DNA of 54,954 bases, taken from Pseudomonadota bacterium (GTDB lineage: Bacteria > Pseudomonadota > Alphaproteobacteria > UBA11222). This document shows, one piece after another, positions 25,807 through 35,585 of the stretch. A program made the translations under genes and the position numbers. Under the pieces are notes generated by a model that was given only the letters and a program-made list of their open reading frames with translations, was not told the origin of the DNA and did no database searches. The stretch lies in assembly GCA_036758605.1 (NCBI GenBank), contig DAIOWE010000004.1, forward strand, positions 1 to 54,954. Direction: 5' to 3'. Position 1 is the first letter of the stretch, and every line of letters begins with the position of its first letter.

Positions 25807-25818
25807 GATGCGCTCCGG

Positions 25819-26460
25819 CTAAATCCCAAGCCGGGACGTGAGCGCCGCGATGATCGCGCGCGCCACCGCTTCTGGCGCGGGCGCCGCATCAATCAGAATG
25901 CAGCGCGCCGGTTCGCGCCTGGCAATCTGCAAAAAACTGTCACGCAGCCGTTGATGAAACGCCGCACCCAGACTTTCAAAGCGGTTTTCCACATCACCAC
26001 GCGCTTGCGCCCGCGCCAGCCCCTGCGCAACGGGTATATCAAGCACCAGCGTCACATCCGGAACCGGACTGTCTGCATCCAGCGCAATCGCCGCCAATCG
26101 TTCAATCGTCGCGCGCCCAAGCCCCCCCGCGTCCCCCTGATACGCAAATGTAGAATCGGTGAAACGATCGCAGATCACCCAATCGCCACGGTCAAGCGCG
26201 GGAACAATGGTTTCACGCAAATGCACGCGCCGCGCTGCAAACAGAAGCAGGGCTTCGCTCATCGCATCCCAGCGCGCGGCGTCTCCCTCAACCAGTAATT
26301 TTCGAATGAACTCCGCGCCCGGCGCACCGCCCGGTTCGCGTGTTAGCACCACCTCCAGCCCACGTTGCTGCAAGGCTGATTGCAGCAAGCGCGCCTGGGT
26401 TGATTTACCGGTCCCCTCACCGCCCTCCAGGGTTATAAACTTTCCGCGAGATGGGGCCAT
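25819..26460 (-). CDS. tmk: dTMP kinase
   Basis: The ATG at 26460 gives MAPSRGKFITLEGGEGTGKSTQ (P-loop). The track ORF extends 14 codons further upstream, into the preceding gene. Confidence 0.9.
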   Translation of the reverse strand: MAPSRGKFITLEGGEGTGKSTQARLLQSALQQRGLEVVLTREPGGAPGAEFIRKLLVEGDAARWDAMSEALLLFAARRVHLRETIVPALDRGDWVICDRFTDSTFAYQGDAGGLGRATIERLAAIALDADSPVPDVTLVLDIPVAQGLARAQARGDVENRFESLGAAFHQRLRDSFLQIARREPARCILIDAAPAPEAVARAIIAALTSRLGI

Positions 26461-26480
26461 ATTATTATTCCGCCTACGGA

Positions 26481-27620
26481 TTAACCGCTGGACGCCCCCC
26501 ATAAAAGATAATTGAACGCCGCCGGAATTTTTCCAAAAAATCCCAGCTTTTCGACAGCTTCTCCAGCCACAACTGGCACAGTTACAGGCTGCATTCCAGT
26601 CGCGGTGAACGTCACAGCCCCCACTTGTGCCCCCTTGACCACCGGCGCAGCCAACGGCGCCTGATAAACAAGTTTTGCCTGCATCGATTTGCGCGCCGCC
26701 CGTGGAAGGGTTACGCGAATATCCTTGCCGGCGACCAACGGAATTTTATCCGCCTCACCCAGCCAGACATCCGCATCCTCCAGTTTCTGGCCTGCGCTCA
26801 GCAGCGTATAGGTCTCAAAATCATTAAAGCCCAGTGTCAGCAACCGTTCGGCTTCTATGCCCCGGCGCTTGTCGCTTTCCAGCCCCGTGACAACCACAAT
26901 CAAACGCCGCCCGTTACGTTCCGCCGATCCGGTAAGGCCATAGCCCGCCTCTTCCGTATGCCCGGTTTTCAGGCCATCCGCGCCGGGATAGGAATATAGC
27001 AGCGGGTTCCGGTTACCCTGCCTGATGCCGTGCCAGGTAAAATCCATCTCGGAAAAAATGCTGTAATATTGCTTGTGTGTATTGACCAGATAGGCCGCCA
27101 ACGTGGCCAGATCGCGCGCCGTCATCAAATGTTCGGGGTCGGGCCAGCCCGACGCGTTACGAAACTCCGAATGAGTCATGCCGATTTCGCGCGCCCGTTC
27201 GGTCATCATGCGGGCGAAGTTTTTCTCATCACCGCCAAGACCTTCGGCGACCACCACGCAGGCGTCATTGCCGGACTGCACGATAATGCCCCGCAACAAA
27301 TCTGCGACCGGAATGCGCGTCCCCAATTCGACGAACATTTTTGATCCCTGAATGCGCCATGCGCTTTCGGAAACCGGGAATGTGTCTTCCATTTTCACGC
27401 TGCCATCGGCCAGTCTGTCAAACAGCATGGCGATCGTCATAAGCTTGCTCATGGAAGCAGGATGCATCGGGGTATCGGCATTTTTTTCAAACAGCACCGC
27501 GCCTGTTTCGACATCCACCAGGATTGCTTCGCGCGCCGCCGTCTCAAGGGCCTGCTGCGCCGCCACTGGCGTCACAGCGCCAATTGCAAATAACAGAATC
27601 AGAAAAAGATGTTTACGCAT
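26481..27620 (-). CDS. D-alanyl-D-alanine carboxypeptidase (PBP5/6 family)
   Basis: The ATG at 27620 gives the signal peptide MRKHLFLILLFAIGAVTPVAA/QQ. The SxxK (SMSK), SxN (SGND) and KTG (KTGHT) motifs are all present. Confidence 0.9.
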   Translation of the reverse strand: MRKHLFLILLFAIGAVTPVAAQQALETAAREAILVDVETGAVLFEKNADTPMHPASMSKLMTIAMLFDRLADGSVKMEDTFPVSESAWRIQGSKMFVELGTRIPVADLLRGIIVQSGNDACVVVAEGLGGDEKNFARMMTERAREIGMTHSEFRNASGWPDPEHLMTARDLATLAAYLVNTHKQYYSIFSEMDFTWHGIRQGNRNPLLYSYPGADGLKTGHTEEAGYGLTGSAERNGRRLIVVVTGLESDKRRGIEAERLLTLGFNDFETYTLLSAGQKLEDADVWLGEADKIPLVAGKDIRVTLPRAARKSMQAKLVYQAPLAAPVVKGAQVGAVTFTATGMQPVTVPVVAGEAVEKLGFFGKIPAAFNYLLWGASSG

Positions 27621-27645
27621 GCCGCCACCCATCCAATAACCCCAA

Positions 27646-28581
27646 TTAATCCACAACAATCTGCGCGCCCTGCTGGCCCGCAGCAATGACCCGCGCCAGT
27701 GTCGCATCCGCAATTTCAACCGTCGCCAGCGGCCCCGTCCGAACACGATAGAAAGCCTTTCCCTCGACAGTTATGGGGCTGATCTGAAAGCCTGGTTCCG
27801 CGCGCAACAGACGGCCCCGCAAGCGTTCTGCATTCACCCGTTCACGAAAGGAACCCACCTGCACATACATATTGCGGCTGGCTGGGACCGGACGTAACTC
27901 AACTTGCGGCTCGGTCTTCGATTCTGCAACGGCAACCGGCTCCTTGCCAATTTCAAGCGGCGTGGGCTGCGCTTTTGCCCGTGCCGCAGACTTTACCCTG
28001 TTATCCACGACGCTGCCGGGCAATACCTGACTGCTGACCCCCGATGATGGCGCGGCGGCAACCATCGTTTTCTCTTCCGCGCTGGTATGGGGTCGTGCCG
28101 CTACAAATGCACCCGCGCCACCGCCGTCCAGTATCTGCACACGCACGGGCGCCGTTCCAGCCCCACTGAAACCCAGCAATTGCGCGCCGCGCCGCGACAC
28201 GTCAATGATGCGGCCATTAACAAACGGCCCCCGGTCATTGACCTTTAGCACGATCGAGCGGCCATTTTCCAGATTGGTCACCCGCACATTCACCGGCATG
28301 GGCAAGGTCTTGTGCGCCGCCGTCAGCGCATTCATATCATAGATTTCGCCATTCGCTGTCGGCTTGCCATGAAAACCCGGTCCGTACCAGGATGCCAGGC
28401 CGGTTTCGTCGTAATCAGGCTGTTCACGCGGATAGTACCACACGCCCGCAACCTTGTAGGGTTGACCAACTTTATAAACAGGCTTGGGTGCAGGCGGCGG
28501 CGGTTTGCCCGCACACCCGGCAAGCACCAGTGACAGCGCGGCCAGGGCCGCAAAACACTGAGATAAGCGAAAAACACTCAT
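27646..28581 (-). CDS. rlpA: septal ring lytic transglycosylase RlpA-family lipoprotein with SPOR domain
   Basis: The ATG at 28581 gives MSVFRLSQCFAALAALSLVLAGC (lipobox). The DPBB domain is ASWYGPGFHGKPTANGEIYD...VNDRGPF. The C-terminal SPOR-like segment is MYVQVGSFRERVNAERL. Confidence 0.85.
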   Translation of the reverse strand: MSVFRLSQCFAALAALSLVLAGCAGKPPPPAPKPVYKVGQPYKVAGVWYYPREQPDYDETGLASWYGPGFHGKPTANGEIYDMNALTAAHKTLPMPVNVRVTNLENGRSIVLKVNDRGPFVNGRIIDVSRRGAQLLGFSGAGTAPVRVQILDGGGAGAFVAARPHTSAEEKTMVAAAPSSGVSSQVLPGSVVDNRVKSAARAKAQPTPLEIGKEPVAVAESKTEPQVELRPVPASRNMYVQVGSFRERVNAERLRGRLLRAEPGFQISPITVEGKAFYRVRTGPLATVEIADATLARVIAAGQQGAQIVVD

Positions 28582-28585
28582 AGGA

Positions 28586-29668
28586 TCAGCCGCCCCCAAT
28601 CCGATCAGACAAGGCGCCAACCGTCAGCGCATAATAATGCGCGCAGTTATAACGCAGAATGGCTTCGTAATTTCCATATACAATAAACGCTGGTCCGGTC
28701 GCCGCTTCGGGTAATGCCAGCGCAGCCTGCAAATCCAGCGCAGGCAGATCCGTTCCGTCGGCACGGCGTACGCCCCGTGCCTGCCATTCTTTCAACGAAC
28801 GCGCCACACTCAATTTATCCATGGCGCGGCAGCCGGATTTTCCCATACGTTGCATCTGTGGCAACGCCTGACTGACTTCAGAAGAAAGCTTTACCTGACG
28901 TCCCCATGTCTGCGCGTCCGACCAGCCATTGCTGGCAAGATAATACGCAATTGAGGCAAACACATCACCGGGATTATTCCAGATATCCCGCCTGCCGTCC
29001 CCGTCCCAGTCCTGTGCAAATTTCATATAGCTGGACGGCATGAATTGCGGCTGGCCCATGGCCCCCGCCCAGGACCCCATCAGATCAGGCACATCCGCAT
29101 ATCCCGCATCCAGCATGCGCAACGCCTGCATCATCTCATTGCGAAAGAACGCCGATCTGCGCCCGTCATAGGCCAGTGTCGCCAGCGCGGGCATTACCGG
29201 CATCGTGGGTTTTACCGCGCCATAGCGGGTTTCGATCCCCCAGATGGCAAGAATAAATCGCGGCTGCACCCCATATTTCGCGGCAACCGCCGTCAGCAAC
29301 GGGCCATGCTGCGCCAGCTTGCGCTGTCCCGCCGCAATATTCGCCGGTGTCAACACCCGGTCACGATAGGTTGCAAATGCAAGCGTGAACTCCGCCTGGT
29401 TCCGGTCACGGGAAACCACCTTTTCCACCGGCTGCACATCACGCAGGGCCGCTTCGATGATGGCCGGACGGATACCCTGCCCGGCAGCTTCCTTCTTGAA
29501 TTCGGCGAGCCATTTGGCAAAGCCCGGACTGGACGGCGCTGTGGCAGGCTTTACCGCCTGATTTTTCTGGCGTGGCGCAACGGACGCCCCGGCCTGCACG
29601 GAACGTTCATCCGCACATGCCGCCAGCACCAGCATGACCAGCGAGATTAGCCCAACGATGCGCCGCAT
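28586..29668 (-). CDS. lytic murein transglycosylase (MltB/Slt35-like)
   Basis: The ATG at 29668 gives MRRIVGLISLVMLVLAAC. The motifs ILAIWGIETRYG and GQPQFMPSSY are typical of the family. Confidence 0.85.
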   Translation of the reverse strand: MRRIVGLISLVMLVLAACADERSVQAGASVAPRQKNQAVKPATAPSSPGFAKWLAEFKKEAAGQGIRPAIIEAALRDVQPVEKVVSRDRNQAEFTLAFATYRDRVLTPANIAAGQRKLAQHGPLLTAVAAKYGVQPRFILAIWGIETRYGAVKPTMPVMPALATLAYDGRRSAFFRNEMMQALRMLDAGYADVPDLMGSWAGAMGQPQFMPSSYMKFAQDWDGDGRRDIWNNPGDVFASIAYYLASNGWSDAQTWGRQVKLSSEVSQALPQMQRMGKSGCRAMDKLSVARSLKEWQARGVRRADGTDLPALDLQAALALPEAATGPAFIVYGNYEAILRYNCAHYYALTVGALSDRIGGG

Positions 29669-29801
29669 GCACGCTCCTGCAATACCCGAATCTTCCATAT
29701 TCTGCCATAAATCGCTTGTGCCACGGGCCGGGGCCGGACGCAAGTACGCTTGCCCATAGGAGGCTGACCATGTATGAAGGCCGCGCACGACAAGACGCGA
29801 T

Positions 29802-29891
29802 GGATGGGTGGCCGAGTGGTTTAAGGCACCGGTCTTGAAAACCGGCGAGGCTTCACGGCCTCCGTGAGTTCGAATCTCACCCCATCCGCCA
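29802..29891 (+). tRNA. tRNA-Ser (anticodon UGA)
   Basis: The 90-nt sequence ggatggg...cccatcc-g-cca forms a 7-bp acceptor stem. The anticodon loop is c-t-TGA-a-a, there is a long variable arm (ggcgaggcttcacggcctccg), and the T-arm is gtgag-ttcgaat-ctcac. The 3' CCA is encoded. Confidence 0.9.
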
Positions 29892-29915
29892 TTTTCAAGT
29901 CGCGAACCGAAACCG

Positions 29916-29945
29916 AGGCCCCGATGTGGGCCTTTTTTCTTTTTG
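29916..29945 (+). terminator. rho-independent terminator after tRNA-Ser (bidirectional-looking)
   Basis: The stem aggccc/gggcct (29916-29921 and 29928-29933) has a 6-nt loop and is followed by tttttctttttg. Confidence 0.6.
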
Positions 29946-30273
29946 TTTCAAAGGGGGTTAGCCGATGCGACCGAATCTCGGAGACTGGCGCAGTCCTCAT
30001 TTTCGGTCTCTGAATGGCCCTCCGTCTCAAACCGAGCGAACCTCGGCCGAATTGGTTCGGCTTCGCGAAGGCCAGCGTTTCCTATGGGTTTGGCAGGTCG
30101 CTCAACAATGCATTCAGCGGGCGTTCTCCCGGCTGGCGTCGGCGCCCAGAGAATGCTCGGTAGGCGTTTCAAGGCGGGTCTACGGGCAGTTGTTCGAAAT
30201 GGACCTTAGTTCAAGGCCGGGCCGGCTCTTCAGCGCGTCTCGACGCTTCCCGTCGACATCATGCTCATCTGAA

Positions 30274-33200
30274 TTAATAATCATGTTTCCAGTTCACCCC
30301 GACATTGTTGTCACCAGTTGCGCCAGTGCTGCTTTCAACTGAGATGTTTGGCGCCACCTGCACCTCGATACGCGCCTTGCCGTTGCCGGTTTGCGCGCCG
30401 CTCTCGACTTCAAGGTAAATGTTGTCGCCGATGTATTTTCCAATTCCAACGGATGCGCCGGCGCCATTTTCAACGCCGCCATTTATGTTGAAATCATCCA
30501 CACCCAGCAGATTTCTGACCGTACCCGCCGGATCAAAGCCTCCGCCGCCTTTACCAGATAGTTTGCGCAGGCTGTTCGCAAGTTGAACGGCCTGAACCGG
30601 GCTGATTTTGGTAGAATTTTTTCCAAACAGCAGGATGGACAAGGCCTCGTCCTGCGGCATGGCAGGGGTGGATTCTATTTTTAGGGCAGGTTCGCGTATG
30701 GGCCCGGTGATTACCGGCCTTATTTCCACACCCGATTCTGTTGTTGCTGCGATGACATTCAGATAGGGCGATGGTGGGATGTCGCCTTCAAACAGCAGTT
30801 CCGCCTGTTGTAGCTTGAACCGCCTGCCAAACTCTTCATAGCGGCCACGCAGGGTGGTGAATTTGCCCCGGATTGCGGGGTCGAGAATATTTCCCGTTAA
30901 ATGCAGTTGCCCTTTCAATTCGGCATCTATTCCCCAGCCTCTAACAAATACTTTGTTTTCGGCTTGCAGAGTTACATCCAGCACTATGGGGCTTTTATCC
31001 GCTATCGCGCCGGTTTGGGGCTTTTCAGGTTTGGCGGAATCTGGGATGGTTGCGACAATGTTCAGCACCGGCACATCGCCAACAAACCGGTCCGGCAAAA
31101 ATATATTAAGGGTCTCACTCTTGATCTGGCCTGCAATGACGCCTGATTGTGTGTCACCTTTCATAGTTAGATCACCGGAAATTACGCCACGCGCGCTGGG
31201 ATGATTGATCAGGGCCAGATGTTTGGCGCCGATGCGCATATCATAGGCGTATGCATTGACCGATGTAAAATCCGCCTTTCCCGCCGCCGTTAAGCTGTTG
31301 GCTTTGGCGTCTTCGGCGTGAAACTGCATCAGCGTAAAAGACTGATTATCCGCAGTAATTGTTGCACTGATTTTTTGCAGGCTTACGCCCAATGGTAAAA
31401 AATTATACGCACCCTGATCCAGTTTTATCTGTCCATTTATTTGGGGCGCAGCAATGCTGCCAGATAGAGCCAGCTTGGCGCGCATCGTCCCCTTCAACAC
31501 ATGTTCCGGCGGCAGAAGCATTGTGGATAGCGCGGTTATGTTCAGTGCGATGTCGGCATCGCCATCGATGGGTGAATTCTCTTCAAGTGACATTATGAAA
31601 GGGTCAAGACTGAAATTCACTGGCAAGCGGGCGTTGATGTTCGAGCGCAGCGGCGACGTGTTATCTGTAACGATGCGGATATCCATCTTTCCATTTTGTA
31701 ATATTGCTTTGGCGTTTATGAGTGATTCCGGAGAGGTGTCAAAAAACCTTGCGCCCGTGAGATTTGCATCCAGTTCCACGCGCGGGCCATTGTGGCTGCC
31801 ATTCATTTTCAGCGCGAACGCCAGTTGGGAATCTTCGATTTCGGCCGGCAGGTCTGAGCCAAATTGAGAAATCAGAATATTTTTCCCCGTAGCGGTTGCG
31901 CTAACCGCTTTATTCTTCAGCGCAGCTTCCAGCGTCAGTTCGCCACTGCCGATTTTCAGCGCGGGCGCAGACACGCTCTGGCGGTCCTTGCCCGCAAAAA
32001 GCGCTATCGGGGCAAGGCTATCGAAAGCGATTTTGCCATAAGCGCCCGTGAAGGCAGTTAGCTTGGCAACAACGCCTGTTGCGGTGGTCACGCTCAATTC
32101 GCCGCTGGTATTTATACTGAACGGCCTGCCGGCATTTCCGTCGCCAATAAATGTTGCCTGCCAGTGTTGGCCTTTCCGGGAAGCCTCCAGAACGGCCCGG
32201 TTAATGGTTATATCTGCATACTGGGCGTTGGTGAGATTTGATTTAATGTTGTCAGGTTCTGCTGTTGCAAGATTGGAGAAATCCATCTCTACAGTGGCGG
32301 CGGATAGTGCCGCACCCCGGACCTTGATGTTCTGAAGATCAAACACCAGCGTGGCGGCCTGTTTTTCCAGCCTGGAGGATAGCGTTGCCGAGATATTGGC
32401 GCGGCCATTGACCGGTTCAGGAAAATACAGGGAAAATTGCTGTATTTCGGGTATTTTTGCCAGCAATATTCCGCCGGCAAGAAAGGTCTCCAGATCAATT
32501 TGAAGATTGCCCGTTATTTCGCTTTTAAAATACCGGGCGGCAATATCTTTCAGATCCAGGGTGGTTTCAGACAATCTGTAATTTGCGCGGGCTTCTCCAT
32601 CATCCGCCGCGTCAATGTGTATGCTGCCCAGCCATGTATTTTCCTGTCTGGAAATTGTTGCTGAAGTGGTGGCGGCAGGAACAGGCGTTTGCTTGTACGC
32701 AACATCCTGGGTGCGTATCATGGCGTTGATAATTGGGCTTTCAACCGTTCCGGCGATTGACGCATCAAGGGTGGCGGCGCCAGTGACACCCTCGCGCCAT
32801 TGCTCAAGTTTCAACTGGTCCGCTTTCAATTCCGCCTTTATTTCGCGAGAAGCGAGATTAATGCTGCCGCTGGCGCTGGCGGCAAATTTCGGATTTGAAA
32901 ATTGCAGCGTTTCAAAATCAACGCGGCTATCTTTCAGTAGATACAGTCCTGACGCAGAAAAATCACCCGCATCAAGCCCGGGCGCTGCCTGACTGATATG
33001 AGAATTCACCTGAAAGGCCAGTCCCCCGGCGCTGGCGGCTAATCCGATTGATCCCGACACCGTGCCGATTACATCTTGCGGGAGGCCTGTTGCTTTACTG
33101 GCAAGCAAGGCTTGCCTAATTCCAACGCCAAGAACAGAAACATCCATGCCTGCGCCATTACCATCGCCACTGGTGGCGGGGCCTTCAGGCGAGCGCAGCA

Positions 33201-33558
33201 GGCGGAGCGTGTCCGCATCAATTTTACGGATTACAAGATGACGCAGAATATTGGGTGCAGGCAGCAAGTGGATAGAAACATTTTCAGCCTCCAGCCAAAC
33301 CCCCTCTGGGTCGGCCAGGGATATTCTGGATATTGCGGCGGTCAATGGAAACCGTATACGGAGAGATCGCGTTTGTATCTGATAGCCGATGGCCGCAGAC
33401 AGTTCGTTCTGAACGATATTTTCGACATAGCCGCGCCCGGAATCGGTGGATAGCCACCACAGCCCTCCGCCCAGTGCGAACAGCAGCAGTGTTATCACAC
33501 CGGACGTAATTCTTAGCGGCCATATCAGATAGCCTGGCATGTTAAATTGACGCGCCAT
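30274..33558 (-). CDS. tamB: translocation and assembly module protein TamB
   Basis: The 1094-aa product has an N-terminal anchor helix (ITSGVITLLLFALGGGLWWL), a long beta-rich body and a DUF490-type C-terminus. Its ATG overlaps the tamA stop by 1 nt (TGATG). Confidence 0.85.
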   Translation of the reverse strand: MARQFNMPGYLIWPLRITSGVITLLLFALGGGLWWLSTDSGRGYVENIVQNELSAAIGYQIQTRSLRIRFPLTAAISRISLADPEGVWLEAENVSIHLLPAPNILRHLVIRKIDADTLRLLRSPEGPATSGDGNGAGMDVSVLGVGIRQALLASKATGLPQDVIGTVSGSIGLAASAGGLAFQVNSHISQAAPGLDAGDFSASGLYLLKDSRVDFETLQFSNPKFAASASGSINLASREIKAELKADQLKLEQWREGVTGAATLDASIAGTVESPIINAMIRTQDVAYKQTPVPAATTSATISRQENTWLGSIHIDAADDGEARANYRLSETTLDLKDIAARYFKSEITGNLQIDLETFLAGGILLAKIPEIQQFSLYFPEPVNGRANISATLSSRLEKQAATLVFDLQNIKVRGAALSAATVEMDFSNLATAEPDNIKSNLTNAQYADITINRAVLEASRKGQHWQATFIGDGNAGRPFSINTSGELSVTTATGVVAKLTAFTGAYGKIAFDSLAPIALFAGKDRQSVSAPALKIGSGELTLEAALKNKAVSATATGKNILISQFGSDLPAEIEDSQLAFALKMNGSHNGPRVELDANLTGARFFDTSPESLINAKAILQNGKMDIRIVTDNTSPLRSNINARLPVNFSLDPFIMSLEENSPIDGDADIALNITALSTMLLPPEHVLKGTMRAKLALSGSIAAPQINGQIKLDQGAYNFLPLGVSLQKISATITADNQSFTLMQFHAEDAKANSLTAAGKADFTSVNAYAYDMRIGAKHLALINHPSARGVISGDLTMKGDTQSGVIAGQIKSETLNIFLPDRFVGDVPVLNIVATIPDSAKPEKPQTGAIADKSPIVLDVTLQAENKVFVRGWGIDAELKGQLHLTGNILDPAIRGKFTTLRGRYEEFGRRFKLQQAELLFEGDIPPSPYLNVIAATTESGVEIRPVITGPIREPALKIESTPAMPQDEALSILLFGKNSTKISPVQAVQLANSLRKLSGKGGGGFDPAGTVRNLLGVDDFNINGGVENGAGASVGIGKYIGDNIYLEVESGAQTGNGKARIEVQVAPNISVESSTGATGDNNVGVNWKHDY

Positions 33559-35369
33559 CAGAAAGCCTGCCCAAAGCTGAAATAAACCTGGAATGCGTCA
33601 TCAACACCGGACCGCCGGTTCAGAGGGACGGCAATGTCCGCTCTGATGGGACCGAAATCCGTGTAATATCTTGCGCCCAGACCCGCCCCCCAGCGAAGGC
33701 CGCCTTTGAAATCGGGATAGATGGCGTCAAAGCTATTGCCGCCATCAAGGAACGCAACCACGCCATAGTCCTCGCCAATGCGCTGACGCAATTCCGTGGA
33801 CAGTTCGGTAAAAGATCGCCCGCCCAGCGGATCCCTGCCCGCATCCAGCGGGCCTGCAAGCTGAAAGCCATAGCCCCGGATTGATCCGCCGCCGCCCGTA
33901 TAAAACCGGTCAGTAGCAGGCACCTGATCTGTCGTTGCCCCCGCAATGCTGCCGGCGGCGATCCGCACGGCCAGCACGGATCGCCCCGCTGAGGAGAGCG
34001 GCTGATAATAGCTTCCACTGATGCGGTTTTTCAGAAATGATGTTGAGGGCTCCAATGTGTCAATCGACGGCGCGGTGTCAAAGCGCAATGTCCATCCGCT
34101 TTGTGGATTAAGCAGATCATCGCGCCTGTCCTGAAATGCAAACAGCGGAATGGAAAACAGCGCAAAATTATCCTTGCTGTTCTGGTCCCGGATTTGCTCA
34201 AAACCGTACACGAGACCAGCTCCCAGCAGCCATTTATTGCTAAAATCACGGTCTATGCCTGCTGAAAAATTCAGCCCTGTGGTTTCGAAGGCGTCGTTAT
34301 CTTCCTGCTTGATGATATTGCCGAATTTTAGCCGCTGGTCGGTTCGCAGGAAAAATGGCTTTACCAGTTGCGTGTCCAGCCTGCGTTCCTGCGTGGCCAG
34401 GGACAGATCGACCGTGAATTTTTCACCGTGCGCCAGAAAATTGCGGTGTTCCCACCCGGCGCTTATGCCGGGGCCGATGTCCGTGCTGTAACTGGCGCCG
34501 CCCTTGATGGAGCGATGCGCCCTTTCAGTAACCGAAAACGTCACCGGAACCATCCCGTCCGGGGCGGGGGCGCCGGCAAGTACCGGGTCCGATTTGGCCA
34601 GCAGCCCCGATCGCAGAAGCGCTACATTGGCGCGATTTATTTCTGATCGCGTGAAGCAGTCCCCCGTCTTCAGAGTGACCCGTCTGCGCAAATGAAGATC
34701 CGCAACGGTTTCCTGTCCGCTAAACCGGATTTCGCCGATCCTTGCGTCGGGCCCGGCCAGAATGTGATATTCAATGTCCAGGCGTTGTTCGTTGTGATTG
34801 AGTATGGCCTGGTGCGACGTGTGATGTTCAAAAAGACAATTATTTTCATCAACCCATGCCGCTATGCTTTGCTCATCGGCCAGCACCGCAGCCGCCAGCG
34901 CCGGGGCGCCTGGTTTCGCATTCAGTTTTTCAATCTCAGGAAGGCTGATGGCCTTGCCTTCCCTGTCACCCCGCGCATTTACGATCAGTTCAATATTGCC
35001 AAACTGATATTGCGCGCCGGCATCGACCCCGAAAGTTGCGGCCCCTGTCGTTTCATCAAAACCGGCGTCTATTACGGCCTTATAATAGCCTGCCGCGTGA
35101 AGAGACTTTTTCAGAAACACGCGATCCTTTTCAAAACGATAGCGCAGATAGTCCGTATCCGGAATTTCCTGCTCTACGTGCGCTTCAAGCGTTTTTTGCA
35201 GGCCGCTTAATAAGGTTTGCAGTTCTTTTGAAGAGGCTTTGCTTTGAATGATGGCGGCATATCTAACATCGCGAGCCTTAGCAATCGCTTCAGCGCAGAA
35301 TAAGGTAAAAACGGATGTCTGTATTGCAAGGCAGACAAGCAGGGTATTTATAAATTTCATGCCAAGCAT
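33558..35369 (-). CDS. tamA: outer-membrane protein assembly factor TamA (BamA/Omp85 family)
   Basis: The 603-aa product has a signal peptide, POTRA-like repeats and an Omp85 barrel ending ...AFQVYFSFGQAF (aromatic terminus). It pairs with tamB. Confidence 0.85.
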   Translation of the reverse strand: MLGMKFINTLLVCLAIQTSVFTLFCAEAIAKARDVRYAAIIQSKASSKELQTLLSGLQKTLEAHVEQEIPDTDYLRYRFEKDRVFLKKSLHAAGYYKAVIDAGFDETTGAATFGVDAGAQYQFGNIELIVNARGDREGKAISLPEIEKLNAKPGAPALAAAVLADEQSIAAWVDENNCLFEHHTSHQAILNHNEQRLDIEYHILAGPDARIGEIRFSGQETVADLHLRRRVTLKTGDCFTRSEINRANVALLRSGLLAKSDPVLAGAPAPDGMVPVTFSVTERAHRSIKGGASYSTDIGPGISAGWEHRNFLAHGEKFTVDLSLATQERRLDTQLVKPFFLRTDQRLKFGNIIKQEDNDAFETTGLNFSAGIDRDFSNKWLLGAGLVYGFEQIRDQNSKDNFALFSIPLFAFQDRRDDLLNPQSGWTLRFDTAPSIDTLEPSTSFLKNRISGSYYQPLSSAGRSVLAVRIAAGSIAGATTDQVPATDRFYTGGGGSIRGYGFQLAGPLDAGRDPLGGRSFTELSTELRQRIGEDYGVVAFLDGGNSFDAIYPDFKGGLRWGAGLGARYYTDFGPIRADIAVPLNRRSGVDDAFQVYFSFGQAF

Positions 35370-35585
35370 AATGTATTATATCGTGTTCCCATGCACCCAG
35401 CTTTTCGGCTTCCGTTCAACTTTAGGCGCGAAATTCTGTGCGCAAAAGTATCCGCGCCCCAGCGAACACCTTCTGGTCAAGTTGTGTGTGGATCCGTCAC
35501 GGGCTAGTAATTTCCTGCTTTCTGTGGTATAGTCACACTCTAATGAATGGTGCCGGGCGAACATGTAAAATCCGTATGAAAATCA

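Noticed and set aside
29892-30273. tmRNA or 6S RNA next to tRNA-Ser
   Set aside because: There is no tRNA-like acceptor/T-arm pair, no tag-peptide reading frame ending in ..AA-stop, and no extended 6S-like bulged duplex that I could see.
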